A stretch of 63,914 nucleotides of DNA, the filler included, from Octopus bimaculoides (lineage: Eukaryota): assembly GCF_001194135.2 (NCBI RefSeq). It is 5 parts of 5 records of this genome, joined end to end, with 100 filler letters (N's around TTAATTAATTAA, not from the genome) between each part and the next. Parts side by side here need not be neighbours in the genome. Positions count along the whole stretch, not along the records: positions 44,310 to 62,749 come from NC_068993.1; positions 62,850 to 63,914 come from NC_068982.1; 3 more parts are not named here. One strand, written 5' to 3'. The first letter of the stretch is position 1, and every line of letters starts with the position of its first letter. The notes beneath the pieces were generated by a model. It ran no database searches and was not told the DNA's origin. It saw only the letters and a list, made by a program, of their open reading frames with translations. The position numbers and the translations under genes are program-made. Of this stretch, positions 52,511-63,914 are shown piece after piece.

Positions 52511-53282
52511 AAATATATACATATGTGTGTGTATGCAAATATGTATTTATGTGTGTATGCGTATATGTATTTATGTGTGTATGTATATATGCATGTACGT
52601 ACATAGTACCTATGTATGTATGTATTTATGTATGTGTGTGTATGCATGCATGTAAATGTGCGTGTGTATGCTGTGTGTATACGCGGATTGGTGTTTGTCA
52701 TAGACTCGCTGTGAACTGATATCTGGCCTAAGAACCGGAGCGTGTATATTTTCTGGCTCATTAAAAGAGTTGGAGTGGTGGGGGATACCCCATGTTGCCA
52801 ATTCAAATAACGTCTGGAAGCAACTTCATCTTTTAACCGCCGCCATCTTAACATCTCATTGTTTCTCTTTACCTCTGTCCGTCAAGATATCTCTCTACCT
52901 TTCTCTGCTTCTCCATTCCGCTCTATTATTTTTCTCTACCTCTCTCCATTTTCTCCCTCCCTCCCTCCCTCTCTCTCACTCTTATTCTCTTCCTCTATCT
53001 CCTCTCTCTCTCTCCCTCTCTCTTCTCTATCCTCCCTCTTTCTACTTCTCTTTCCTCTCTCTCCATCCCCCTTCTCTTTCATTCTCTTTTTCTTTCTCCT
53101 CTCCCTCTCTCTTTGTCTTCCCTTGCTCTCTCTCTCTCTCTCTCTCTCTCTTTAATGTCAGTCCATACGTATGTGTGTGTGTGTGTGTGTGAGTGTGAAA
53201 GGGACGAGTATTTAAGTAACATTACTTCTTTTTACATAACTGGCAGTAACAGATAATATGACCTTTAAGACAGGTAAAATAC

Positions 53283-53427
53283 CTGCTACAGACAGGTTTC
53301 CTGTTCGGCGGAAGATTTATTGGCCTTTGTCTTAACGTTAGAAGACTAGGAGGCACAACTGTGTTGTCAGCAACCGGGTCAGGTCTCTCACTGCACTTTA
53401 CGGTTCCAAGTGTTCTGCTTTTGTTCT
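53283..53427 (-). CDS. Candidate coding exon (145 nt, or longer with an upstream acceptor)
   Basis: Donor gcag|GTATTT; the only open frame reads NKSRTLGTVKCSERPDPVADNTVVPPSLLTLRQRPINLPPNRKPVCS(R) and ends in phase 2, compatible with the 43586 exon; acceptor weak. Confidence 0.3.
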
Positions 53428-53894
53428 CTGTTGATCGATATTTTATAAGTGAGAGTTTGAGCAGAAACTGTGCAGAAGCCCGATGTACATGTATGTGTGT
53501 ACGCGTATGTGTACACACGAGCTTGCACGCGTGTGTTTCTGTGTGCATGCTAATAAACAAGTGCTTCGAGGAAAGCAATAACTGTCGCAACTGGATAGAC
53601 ACTTTCTTGTTATTGTCACTATTAGAAATATAATGAAGCAGTGATGGGTCCAGCGGGAATCTGTTGACCACTGCGTTCGTTGAGACATATCTTAGATGCT
53701 ATTTATAAAATATCAGAGTTTCTGGATCACGGGGAATTTCCTCTTAAAAGGGACATTTGGGAAGGCCTCATTATGCGAAATATATCTTTTCTTCCCGACC
53801 ACATGATTCTGGGTTCAGTCCCACTGCGTGACACCTTGGACAAATGTTTTCAGCGAAAGCTTTGTGAGTGAGTTTGGTAGAGAGTTCGGTAGGA

Positions 53895-54240
53895 AAAGGT
53901 AATTTGGTTCAATACTCCATTCAATTTAATTTCTTCTCAAATATAGGCGGAAACTTCTTGTCCCGAATCCGAAACCTTTCTCAAACACCCACAAGTTACA
54001 CAAGCTTGTTAATGCCCTTACTATTAAAGTTAGCCACACATGCCTATGCTCAGGCAATATTGCTTCCAACATCACTCGACACAACAAAAGAAAAAAACAC
54101 ACACCTATACAGACCACACTTCTTTCCCTTACCAATGACTGCCAAACTCTCCATAACTCTCCATAGGGGTGGGAGAAGCCTCTTTAAGGGCGTAGTCTAT
54201 AAAATCGCTCTCACAGGGTATCCTGAGAAATTATAAAGAT
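53895..54240 (+). mobile_element. Second PLE family fragment (RT thumb to start of GIY-YIG)
   Basis: Frameshifted VIWFNTPF..SNIGGNFL..HKLHKL.N..TIKVSHTC..NIASNITRHN ... LFKGVVYKI resembles the WFNPP..TNIG..FL..IKVSYSC..HN and VVYKA motifs recalled from PLEs. Confidence 0.6.
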
Positions 54241-54449
54241 CTAAAAGCTAATTACTTCAAATTAAGACCTACGCGACGCGTTCACTCCTTCAAATACAAG
54301 AACAGACGTGACACCAAATGATGATGATGATGATGATGATGNNNNNNNNNNNNNNNNNNNNNNNNNNNNNNNNNNNNNNNNNNNNNNNNNNNNNNNNNNN
54401 NNNNNNNNNNNNNNNNNNNNNNNNNNNNNNNGGAGGAGGAGGAGGAGGA

Positions 54450-54482
<33 letters not shown>

Positions 54483-57239
54483 ATATGAGTCATTTATACT
54501 CGAATGTTTAGCTCTCCGTCTCTTTTGAGAAAATATTCAAAAGTTTTGTTGCTATTGAAACAGCATGCTTAATTCTTTTTTCAGGCGCATCCTATCTTAC
54601 TTTTGAATTCTTTGAGAATCTGATGAGTAATTTTTGCTTTCTTACACTTATGTATTATTTTATCATTTATTTTTTTATTTATTCTTACTTTTTCTTTTCT
54701 GTGGGAGGGCCAACCGTCGCAGGAGACACATCAATGGGGAATTCAGAAGGTAAAAAGTCAGTCGTAGGCGGACATAGACTAAAGGAATGTAGAACATAGA
54801 CCTATCTAAGGCTCCTTTTGTGTGTGTGCATGCGTTTTGTATTTATGTGTGTGTGTGTGTGTGTGTGAGAGCGTCTTGTATTTGTGTGCGTGTGCGCGCG
54901 CGTGTGCGTTTGATATTATATAAGTGTGTGTATGTAAATGCGTATGAATGTGCTTGTGTGCTCGTGTTTGTTTGCGTGTGTCTGATTTTGTCTGCGTGCT
55001 TCTCTATGCGTAAACTTACGTATATATGTATGACTGGGAGTCACATATATGTGTGTGTGTATGTGCGTGTGAGAGAGCCAGAGAGTGCGTGGGGAGTATC
55101 AGAGAAAGAGAGAGAGAGAGACCCTATACGTGTATGTGTGTGTGTATGTATGTTTATCTGAAAGGTCTAAGAGCACTCAAACTATTAAGTAGAGTTTATA
55201 CTTGTTTAAAAACTATCGATCATCGTTACACACACGCATATAACTCACCTGTCTATGTGAAACCTATATCTAAACGCAGAGGGTATATATAAGCCATTAT
55301 AAATATGCGAACACGTGACGTATTAAAACACATATATATACATATTATAACGTAATTCCGAGCTGAGATCAAAGTCGGATGAAGAATTACATAAATACAT
55401 ACAGACAAATCAAAAAGTCTCAAGCTGATGAGATGACAGTTCACTATAATCCGAAAGGGAAGTCTTCGAACGATTCCAGTAAGTACAAAAGAATATTACG
55501 GCCGTTTCCGGGAATGTGCGAAGATGTGTGTAGATAAATCCTTTTCAATTTCAGTAATCCACATTTCTTTAATCTAATCGCTCAATAAATTGAACCCTAC
55601 GGTGTTGTTTCTTCAACAGAGTTCACCTCTTTGATTTTTCATTACCTATATATATATATATNNNNNNNNNNNNNNNNNNNNNNNNNNNNNNNNNNNNNNN
55701 NNNNNNNNNNNNNNNNNNNNNNNNNNNNNNNNNNNNNNNNNNNNNNNNNNNNNNNNNNNNNNNNNNNNNNNNNNNNNNNNNNNNNNNNNNNNNNNNNNNN
55801 NNNNNNNNNNNNNNNNNNNNNNNNNNNNNNNNNNNNNNNNNNNNNNNNNNNNNNNNNNNNNNNNNNNNNNNNNNNNNNNNNNNNNNNNNNNNNNNNNNNN
55901 NNNNNNNNNNNNNNNNNNNNNNNNNNNNNNNNNNNNNNNNNNNNNNNNNNNNNNNNNNNNNNNNNNNNNNNNNNNNNNNNNNNNNNNNNNNNNNNNNNNN
56001 NNNNNNNNNNNNNNNNNNNNNNNNNNNNNNNNNNNNNNNNNNNNNNNNNNNNNNNNNNNNNNNNNNNNNNNNNNNNNNNNNNNNNNNNNNNNNNNNNNNN
56101 NNNNNNNNNNNNNNNNNNNNNNNNNNNNNNNNNNNNNNNNNNNNNNNNNNNNNNNNNNNNNNNNNNNNNNNNNNNNNNNNNNNNNNNNNNNNNNNNNNNN
56201 NNNNNNNNNNNNNNNNNNNNNNNNNNNNNNNNNNNNNNNNNNNNNNNNNNNNNNNNNNNNNNNNNNNNNNNNNNNNNNNNNNNNNNNNNNNNNNNNNNNN
56301 NNNNNNNNNNNNNNNNNNNNNNNNNNNNNNNNNNNNNNNNNNNNNNNNNNNNNNNNNNNNNNNNNNNNNNNNNNNNNNNNNNNNNNNNNNNNNNNNNNNN
56401 NNNNNNNNNNNNNNNNNNNNNNNNNNNNNNNNNNNNNNNNNNNNNNNNNNNNNNNNNNNNNNNNNNNNNNNNNNNNNNNATATACACGACGAACTTCCAC
56501 ATAGCTTTCCTCTACCAAATTCACTCACAAGGCCATAGAGTCATGCTTCAAAGAAATTTATTTCACTAACGTCAGCCATGTCGTCTTAAACAACGAGCCG
56601 TCAACGTGGTTAAATCGACTTGCTAAATATACCAGCTAAATCTCTGCACCACTTCTGGAACAATGAAGGACGAGAGGGTCCCGGCCGGAATGTTTTGTTT
56701 ATAGTCATCAACCTGCTTGATCAAGGCTGACACAGGGACTAAACAACAATTGAAAACGAATGGTCGTCTGCCAACTCTCTCCAATTAGTACTTATCCTGA
56801 AAAGATGCCTAAAATTTAGTGAGAAGAATACAAGTCGTTTACATTGATTTCTGTGTTCGACTGCTACTTATTTTATCAACCTCCAAAGGATGTAAGATGA
56901 AAATCAACCTCGGAGAATTGGAACTCAGAACGTATATATTGAAGTATTTTGCCGCTAAGCACTTGGTCCGACGTAGAAAACGCTTGCCGTCTTACATATT
57001 CTAAAATATTGCTAAATATAATATATTATTTTGTGGTATGTTAATTTCCTCACTTTTGTTTCGATTTCACCCGAATTCTCATCACTAGCGTCTTTCTTTC
57101 TTGTTTTCTTGTTTTGTTTTGTTTTTTTCCCTTTCGTAATAATAACCTCATAACATAATAATGAAATAAGTTAAATGAATGCTTGCAAGTAAATATACTG
57201 TGTGATGGATGATCTGTCAGCAGATGAACAACAACTGCA

Positions 57240-57350
57240 GTAAAACGAACCGTACGAGAAGACCGGTTCGACCAATCAGGTTTCGATTTCCGTTTCATCT
57301 TATGTCGCTAATGTCTTTAAGTCAGACAATAAACGTTGGGAATGTGAGTG
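57240..57350 (+). promoter_or_regulatory. Candidate promoter / first-exon end
   Basis: CpG-rich unique segment, CCAATCAG at 57272-57279, strong donor aat|GTGAGT at 57344. Confidence 0.3.
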
Positions 57351-58869
57351 TGTCATTTCGCTTGAGCATAGCGTTACTAAGAAGCTGGTGTTTAGAACTG
57401 AAAGCGTTAGTCGAGTACAGAGAGTAACGTGAAATTACATATATTACAAAGGAATAGAAAATTATGCTATCAACCTCATTAGCTTACAGTTGTTTCTGAT
57501 ATAAACTGCATTGCATTCAGAGATGAGTGCTTGCACTTCACTTTTGTATTTCTGAGGAATCTATAAGGTAATGCACAATCACTCAGCTCTCTTATATTTT
57601 TGCGCATTTCCGCACTGTCCATAAAGTAATATTTGTTTAATTTCGTATATATGTGTGAGCACATGATACAGAACAAGAAATTTAGCACTTTTCTCTATAA
57701 TTTTATAAACTATACATATAGCACTAAATATAAAATAAAACAAAAAGAATGAAAAAAAGTACATCGATTCATACCAGTACAAATACGAAGAAAATTGACT
57801 TATAATTCATCAGAATATCTGAAGAAAGAACAGAAAAAAAAAAAATTTCACAGAAGACCAACGGGGTCCAGTTAGACCCCAATGATCATATTTTATGCTA
57901 TAGCATCCATATGAATTTTGTTTTGCGATTTGGTTTGCAAGATTCTTTATGTGAGTTCGTGTTTTGAAGCATATTCTGTTGTGTCCGGGGAAAGTCATTC
58001 TCTTTTAGGGCCTTATAATTTATCACACTTACCGGTAAAATTTCCACTCATTTACTTATTTTTTTCCTAAAATGTTCGTTGCGTCTCACGACCTTTTCAA
58101 CAACGGTTCGAAAGTACAGCGTACTACGCTTACAAACAATACGTTCTTGGGTCGATTTTTTCGCCTAACACCCTTTAAGGCGATGCTCCAGCATGGCCAC
58201 AATCAAATGACTGAAACAAGTAAAAGNNNNNNNNNNNNNNNNNNNNNNNNNNNNNNNNNNNNNNNNNNNNNNNNNNNNNNNNNNNNNNNNNNNNNNNNNN
58301 NNNNNNNNNNNNNNNNNNNNNNNNNNAACGTCAGACGAATTACATATCTAACAGTCCATATAACAGTATGTATGTATGTATGTATGTATGTATGTATTAT
58401 GTGCTTTGTTTGTTCTTGTTAGACAAATAAATATATAGTTAATTAAGGATAATTTTAGATACGCTGAAAATTGATTGCAACTCTAAACATAGCCTGTCAC
58501 TCTTTTATATTTTATTCTTGATTTTTTTTACTCTTCCAGAAAAGAAAAAAGAAAAACAAATTACATTTTTCCTGTGCAAGACTTTACTGCAAATTTATTT
58601 AAAAGAATCGTATTGCCTGGATAATCTTCGCAAACCAATGCAAATATTTTGCTTCTGGTGGTATGACAGAGAAAATATTTGTAATAGATTCTAACATAGG
58701 CTTAAAGCCACAATTTTGTGGTCATTGTTTTGAATTTCGTGAAGACGTTTGTCGATTTAATCGACGATAAAACTTAGCTGATACTTATTGCTCTCAGAAA
58801 GGAAAGAAACGTGTCTCAATCAATCGTCTCCTTCCCAAAAATGGGTAGGAGAAGTTTTTTTTCTGTTAC

Positions 58870-59261
58870 CTCCTCGTCCAATCTGATAATGGACGTTACC
58901 GACGTCATAATCGGAAATAAACAGTCTGAAATGGTTGAATACTCATTGCTGGAATACCATTGATTATAAGTCTGCACGATTAGGGCTCATTTGGGGAATA
59001 AAACAACAACACCAACGGTGTCAACAACTGCAGTAATGGCTTAGCTCTGTGTAATGTAGACTCGGCTGTGTTAACGACAGTAGCGCCTTCTCCGGCGGTA
59101 TTAGACACAAACTCAGTCGAATTCTTTAGCAATAGTTACAGCTGCGATAACATCAATGTAATTGATGTTATCTTTTGTTCCACACATGGTCCATGTTGTA
59201 GAAGGACAGAGTGTGATGCGGTGCGGTGCAGTGAGAACTATTACTGCCTCAGCAGTTGTTG
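58870..59261 (-). other. Candidate mostly 5'UTR exon (392 nt) with a possible start MTSVTSIIRLDEE at 58908
   Basis: Acceptor preceded by a long (CT)n tract and tttccatttctctgattcaatttcttAG; donor gag|GTAACA; GC-rich unique sequence with stops in all three frames. Confidence 0.3.
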
Positions 59262-59289
59262 CTAAGAAATTGAATCAGAGAAATGGAAA

Positions 59290-59337
<48 letters not shown>

Positions 59338-59759
59338 GTGCATACATTTGTGCGTGAGTGTATGAGTGAGTGTTTGCGTGAGCGTGCGTGAGTTGTGTGT
59401 AAACGGTAAGGTAAGAGTAGGTAGGTAATGGGATAGATAGTTAAATAAGCAGGTGGATGGAAAGATAGATAAATAGATAGACAGAGAGAGAGAGAGAGAG
59501 AGAGAGTGAGAGAGTAATGGACACATATATAGATAGCTGTATATATATATANNNNNNNNNNNNNNNNNNNNNNNNNNNNNNNNNNNNNNNNNNNNNNNNN
59601 NNNNNNNNNNNNNNNNNNNNATACATGTGTGCGTATGTAACTATATGTGTATAATTTATGTATATGTAGGTATATAAACGGAGTGAGGCGGGGTAATATA
59701 AGTGTGGAAGAAATTAGCATTCTAATATTTATAATCGTTTTTGTTTTTTTTTTATTCAG

Positions 59760-59780
59760 GTATGAGCAATAATGTCCAAA
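59760..59780 (+). other. Candidate 21-nt microexon
   Basis: Branch-like ttctaat, tttttgttttttttttattcAG acceptor, GTATGAGCAATAATGTCCAAA, donor GTATGT. Confidence 0.25.
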
Positions 59781-60560
59781 GTATGTAGTATGACTTATGG
59801 AATCGTTTAAACCTTATCAAAGAATCGTCTAGATGTTTCAACATTTCTACATATGTTTTAACTCTTTTAAAACCTTCTATGGAAAACTCTCCTGGCCACC
59901 CATATAGAGCATTACAAGTGTGAAAATTGAAAAGCAGGACGTGCTTTTTTTATTTATTTTATTTTACATTTTAATAAACTGAATTAACACTTTTGCTGTA
60001 TAATTACAGCAGATCTTCTCTTTGTAGAAGTTATTTACTCTTTATGACAGAAAAGATCAAATATGCCGGGTGCCTACAGATTATTCAATACTTCAGCACT
60101 CAGATTGCTCTATTAAAAATAATGCCTATTTATTTACCAAATGTTTTGAATTAATCATGCATTACCGCGTAGTTTCGAGATTTCTATGATGTGGTTGCTT
60201 ATTTTCAGAATGTCATTATAGAGTAAGTGTGAGAGGCCAGATCTGGCCAGTTCAAACATAAAACCGGTACAATATTTGGATGAGATATAGACAGTCAGAG
60301 TGCGACGTTGAAGACACAGCATAACATTGGTTCCATTGAAGCAGAGGAGATCATCTCTCAGTTATCTCTCTTAAGAATTAATTATTCATTCTGATGTATA
60401 ATTTATCAAAGAATTACCGACGCAGTAATATAAGAATGTTATTAGATTAACGGGTGAAGGGCAATTTCGGAATAAAAATATTTTGTCACTTGAATCGGTC
60501 TCAGTAAATATGAGTTGCCTAAATTTATGGAGACCTTGAATAAAGGAGAATAAAACTGAC

Positions 60561-60656
60561 CTCATTTGCAGAGGGATACACAGCTTGGAGGTACATGAAC
60601 AGTGTTCAATTTCCATTGTTTCCAATTAAATGCCACAGGGAGACAGAACTTCAATT
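60561..60656 (-). other. Candidate non-coding (UTR) exon, 96 nt
   Basis: Acceptor ttttctttgctgtctgtttgcttAG, donor gag|GTCAGT; stops in all frames. Confidence 0.25.
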
Positions 60657-62135
60657 CTAAGCAAACAGACAGCAAAGAAAACTGTTTCTCAGAGGCTCAA
60701 GACATTTGGAACATGCTAGTGATAACGGTAATAGAGGGAGAATTGAGATGAAGGGAGTTTTGTGAGTTGAGAGTAGAATTGGTTGTAATTGTGTATAGTA
60801 GACAAAGAAAAAAACATGGCTTAACGTTAGAATATAAAGTAAAACGTCAATATCAGGGTCACGGTTGCCTCTTTGAGTCCATTTGAATTGATATCGTCAG
60901 AATTGGCATTACGATCGAGTGTAACGTGCATTGTTATCTATGTAATTGCTCTGTCTATTAAGAACGGTCGTGTAATGGCAAGACCGGAACATATATCTCC
61001 ATAAAATATATCGACCGTCAATGCATTTGTATTGGCTTCGCTTTTATGCGAAGTGACTGGAAGAGATGTAACTAAATAAAAGTTATTAATATTTTATGTT
61101 GGCAAGAAATTCTATCTGGCTGTCTATTAAATGTATGATCTTCGTCGAAAAGAATTTCAAAGCTCTCTGGTGTACAAAGATTACAAGGTCTTTATTTTGT
61201 AGAGTGTTCTCGCATTTAATAGAATGTTTCATTTTGAGTTGCATTGTTTATTTTTAATCCACAAATCCCAGACGTAATTTGAGAACGATGGCATTGCTTC
61301 AGTGCGGGTTTTGGAACGTATGTAGATGTTGGTTGCTTTCGAGCTTTCGAAATGAAGACGACAATGTACGCCTTAAAACGAGTTATTGGTTTGTACAGCT
61401 CATTGGTAAACTTTATCTTTAAGCTCGATAAATGCTAAACTGTATCTTTGGTTCTGGATGACTTGTTTGGATGATGCTAAGATTTAAGATTTAAGTATAG
61501 CAGTATAAAAGTTTAATAGATTTTTCGTTTAAAATATTATGCGTATAACATACATGTTGTGGAGAGAACTGCTTAAGTAATTTGACGGAACATTTTGCAG
61601 TTAGGTTGGCTACTGCTAAATCAAAAGAAAGATTTTATCAACAAGTTTTCTGTATATATTCTTATCGGTTGCAATTGTCATGAAATCTCTTTGTACTTAA
61701 TATGTTATATCTGAAGCCGTTTCTCAAAAAACGTCGTTGTAATACTGAGATGAGTCACTGAAATGTATATGTTGCCGGAAAGTTTTCAAAGTCTAAGAGT
61801 AATATTTTTAACCAGGCTATTAATAATGTTCTTGTCGTAGTTAAATTGTTTGCTGATGTAGTTTAAATTTTTCGTTGGACAGCTTCTACTCTTCCATGTC
61901 AACTAACTTTTTTCTTAACTAAAGTTTTAATCTTTATACTCTCCAGCACCGTTGACTGTTCACCGATGCGTCAAGTTGTTCTTGAAAAAAACAAAGAGGT
62001 ATAAAAATCTTGAAATGTAGCTTTAATACCATGTAAAAGATGTTAACTACAGTGTTTGCACATATGCTGTAGAAACAAACAGGTGTGAACGCATCACGGT
62101 ATTCTCTTCGTACGCAAAAAAAATAAAGGTGATCA

Positions 62136-62176
62136 TTCTGACCCGTTTCATGGATGGTAGGCTACTCCTCAGAGGA
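62136..62176 (-). ncRNA. Degenerate minimal type I hammerhead motif
   Basis: TCCT-CTGAGGA-GTAG-cctaccat-CCAT-GAAAC-GG-GTC-AGAA. Core and GUC intact; stems I and II each have a mismatch; stem III is one change from the palindrome ACCGGT. Confidence 0.5.
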
Positions 62177-62710
62177 TACGTATCCCTCGTTCTTCCACGT
62201 AAATAAATTGCAGTGATCGCTTTGAAATTTATCATAGATTCTGTAATTCACACTGTTTATACTCCAAATGTTTAATAATCTCACTACATTGTCGACTAAT
62301 GCACGGTATGCAAATTACTAGAGTCTTTTTAGTTAGCTCGATTTACATAATGATTGTTTTAGGTTCTCCCTACGGGAGATTGCAAAGTGAGAAGACCAGA
62401 GAATCATGTAACATGTCAAGATAATCTTCTGCATTATTTTGGATGCAAAGACAATAACAAGATATATTTATATCTGTTTACTTTCGGGGCGTATGCGTTA
62501 AAAAAAATGTAATCTAACTACATTAAACTTATCTTAGATCTTCCAGCATGCGGTGCTGATTCATAAAGATACAGATTAGTTTCATATATATATATATATA
62601 TATATATTGCTCTCTTCTTACAGCATTATGAGTTTTTGACTCTTATTTCTAGCAATGTAGATGCTTCAGCACCCTCAGTCACATTTAGTGACGATTAAAC
62701 TTTACATGTG

Positions 62711-62749
<39 letters not shown>

Positions 62750-62849
62750 NNNNNNNNNNNNNNNNNNNNNNNNNNNNNNNNNNNNNNNNNNNNTTAATTA
62801 ATTAANNNNNNNNNNNNNNNNNNNNNNNNNNNNNNNNNNNNNNNNNNNN
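62750..62849. other. Artificial 100-bp gap with six-frame stop linker
   Basis: 44 N + TTAATTAATTAA (62794-62805) + 44 N. Confidence 0.95.
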
Positions 62850-62911
<62 letters not shown>

Positions 62912-63117
62912 AGTGTGTGTGTGTGTGTGCGTGTGTGTGTGTGTGTGCGTGCGTGTGTGTGTGTGTGTGTATGTGTAAATATCTCTATATATATATATGT
63001 ACGTAGTGTATATAACTTTGTGCGTGTGCGTGTGCGTGTGTGGATGTATGCATATATTCGCTTGTACATACACTGATATGTAAATACCAAAAGCGTGAGC
63101 CAATATTCATATGTGAG

Positions 63118-63500
63118 AAGGCGGCGAGCTGGCAGAAATGTTAGCACGCCGGGCGAAATGCTTAGCGGTACCATGTCTGTCGATAAATTAAGAGCCAGTT
63201 GCGTCCTGGGGTCGATCTAATCGACTGGCCCCCTCTCCAAAAATTTCCGGCCTTGTGCCTTAAGTAGAAAAGAATATTCATATGGGAGTAAAGCGGCGAG
63301 CTGATAGAATCGTTAGCACGCCGTGAAATATGCTTAAATATTTCACCCGTCTTTACGTTCTGAGATCAAATTCCGCTGAGGTCGGATTTGCATTTCATGC
63401 TCTCGAAGTAGATTAAATGGTTACCAATCGAGTATTGGGGTCGATGTAATTGACTTACTCCTTACCCTGAATAGGCTGCTCTTGTACCATAATTTGAGAT
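63118..63500 (+). mobile_element. Two tandem SINE family B copies (63118-63275, 63290-63500)
   Basis: Both start with a(g/c)gcggcgagctg(g/a)(c/t)agaa. Confidence 0.85.
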
Positions 63501-63870
63501 CAATATCTATATATGAGTGCATGTGTTTTGACTGACTGTGTGTACGTTTCTGTGTTTGTATATTTGAATACTTCTGCCTACATTTGATTTGCGTTACACT
63601 TTGTGTGTGTATGGGTGTGTGAAGTATTTGAATATGTGCATCGAAAACAAGAGAATTGTGGAATAATGTACGGGAATAAAGCATATACGCAAGTGAATTA
63701 ATATATATTCGCATGAAAGTATCTGCATTTATGATGCGTCTGAGTGTGAAAGTGTGAAGATGAGCTGTGCGTACGCTTTTCGCATTTACATATCAGTGTG
63801 TCAGTGTGTGTGCATGTATATATATATGCACACATCCACACACACACACGCACAGAGTTATATACACTAC

Positions 63871-63914
<44 letters not shown>

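Noticed and set aside
54586-54750. Two 42-nt plus-strand exon-like pieces
   Set aside because: Splice-like signals of this quality are common in AT-rich DNA; no recognisable peptide and no linking evidence.
55421-55470. CTGATGA-GAT..ATCC-GAAAG..CTT on the plus strand
   Set aside because: Stem I does not pair and stem II is out of register.
60880-62040. Possible highly degraded L1/Tx1-type RT on the minus strand (ILLLDFEN)
   Set aside because: Only one short motif; too decayed to call by eye.

Overview
AT-rich, microsatellite-dense eukaryotic draft scaffold with about 8 kb (~13%) of N in 22 gaps, most of them opening at (TA)n or similar runs. The tRNA-derived SINE families look like those of Octopus (inference from recalled repeat sequence, not verified). 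Most of the window is intronic or intergenic transposon debris: three SINE families, mariner MITEs, a DD37D/maT-like Tc1/mariner derivative, a Chapaev3-like element, hAT (Charlie/Buster) and Helitron remnants, RTE and R4/Dong LINE fragments, and two Penelope-like element (PLE) fragments. No complete gene is present. Several minus-strand segments with good GT-AG signals (best 43273-43586) suggest a large, intron-rich host gene that I cannot name. The long ORFs in the supplied track are mostly N-gap or microsatellite artefacts. The main signal the ORF track misses is a set of type I hammerhead ribozyme (HHR) motifs from at least four sequence families: 8886-8920, 35793-35876, 36548-36637, 45957-46042 with its inverted partner 46133-46218, and 62136-62176, plus half-motifs. 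They include a tandem cluster and a fold-back element carrying two head-to-head ribozymes. Nearly all read on the minus strand, the strand of the candidate host gene. Four gaps contain an artificial six-frame stop linker (TTAATTAATTAA).
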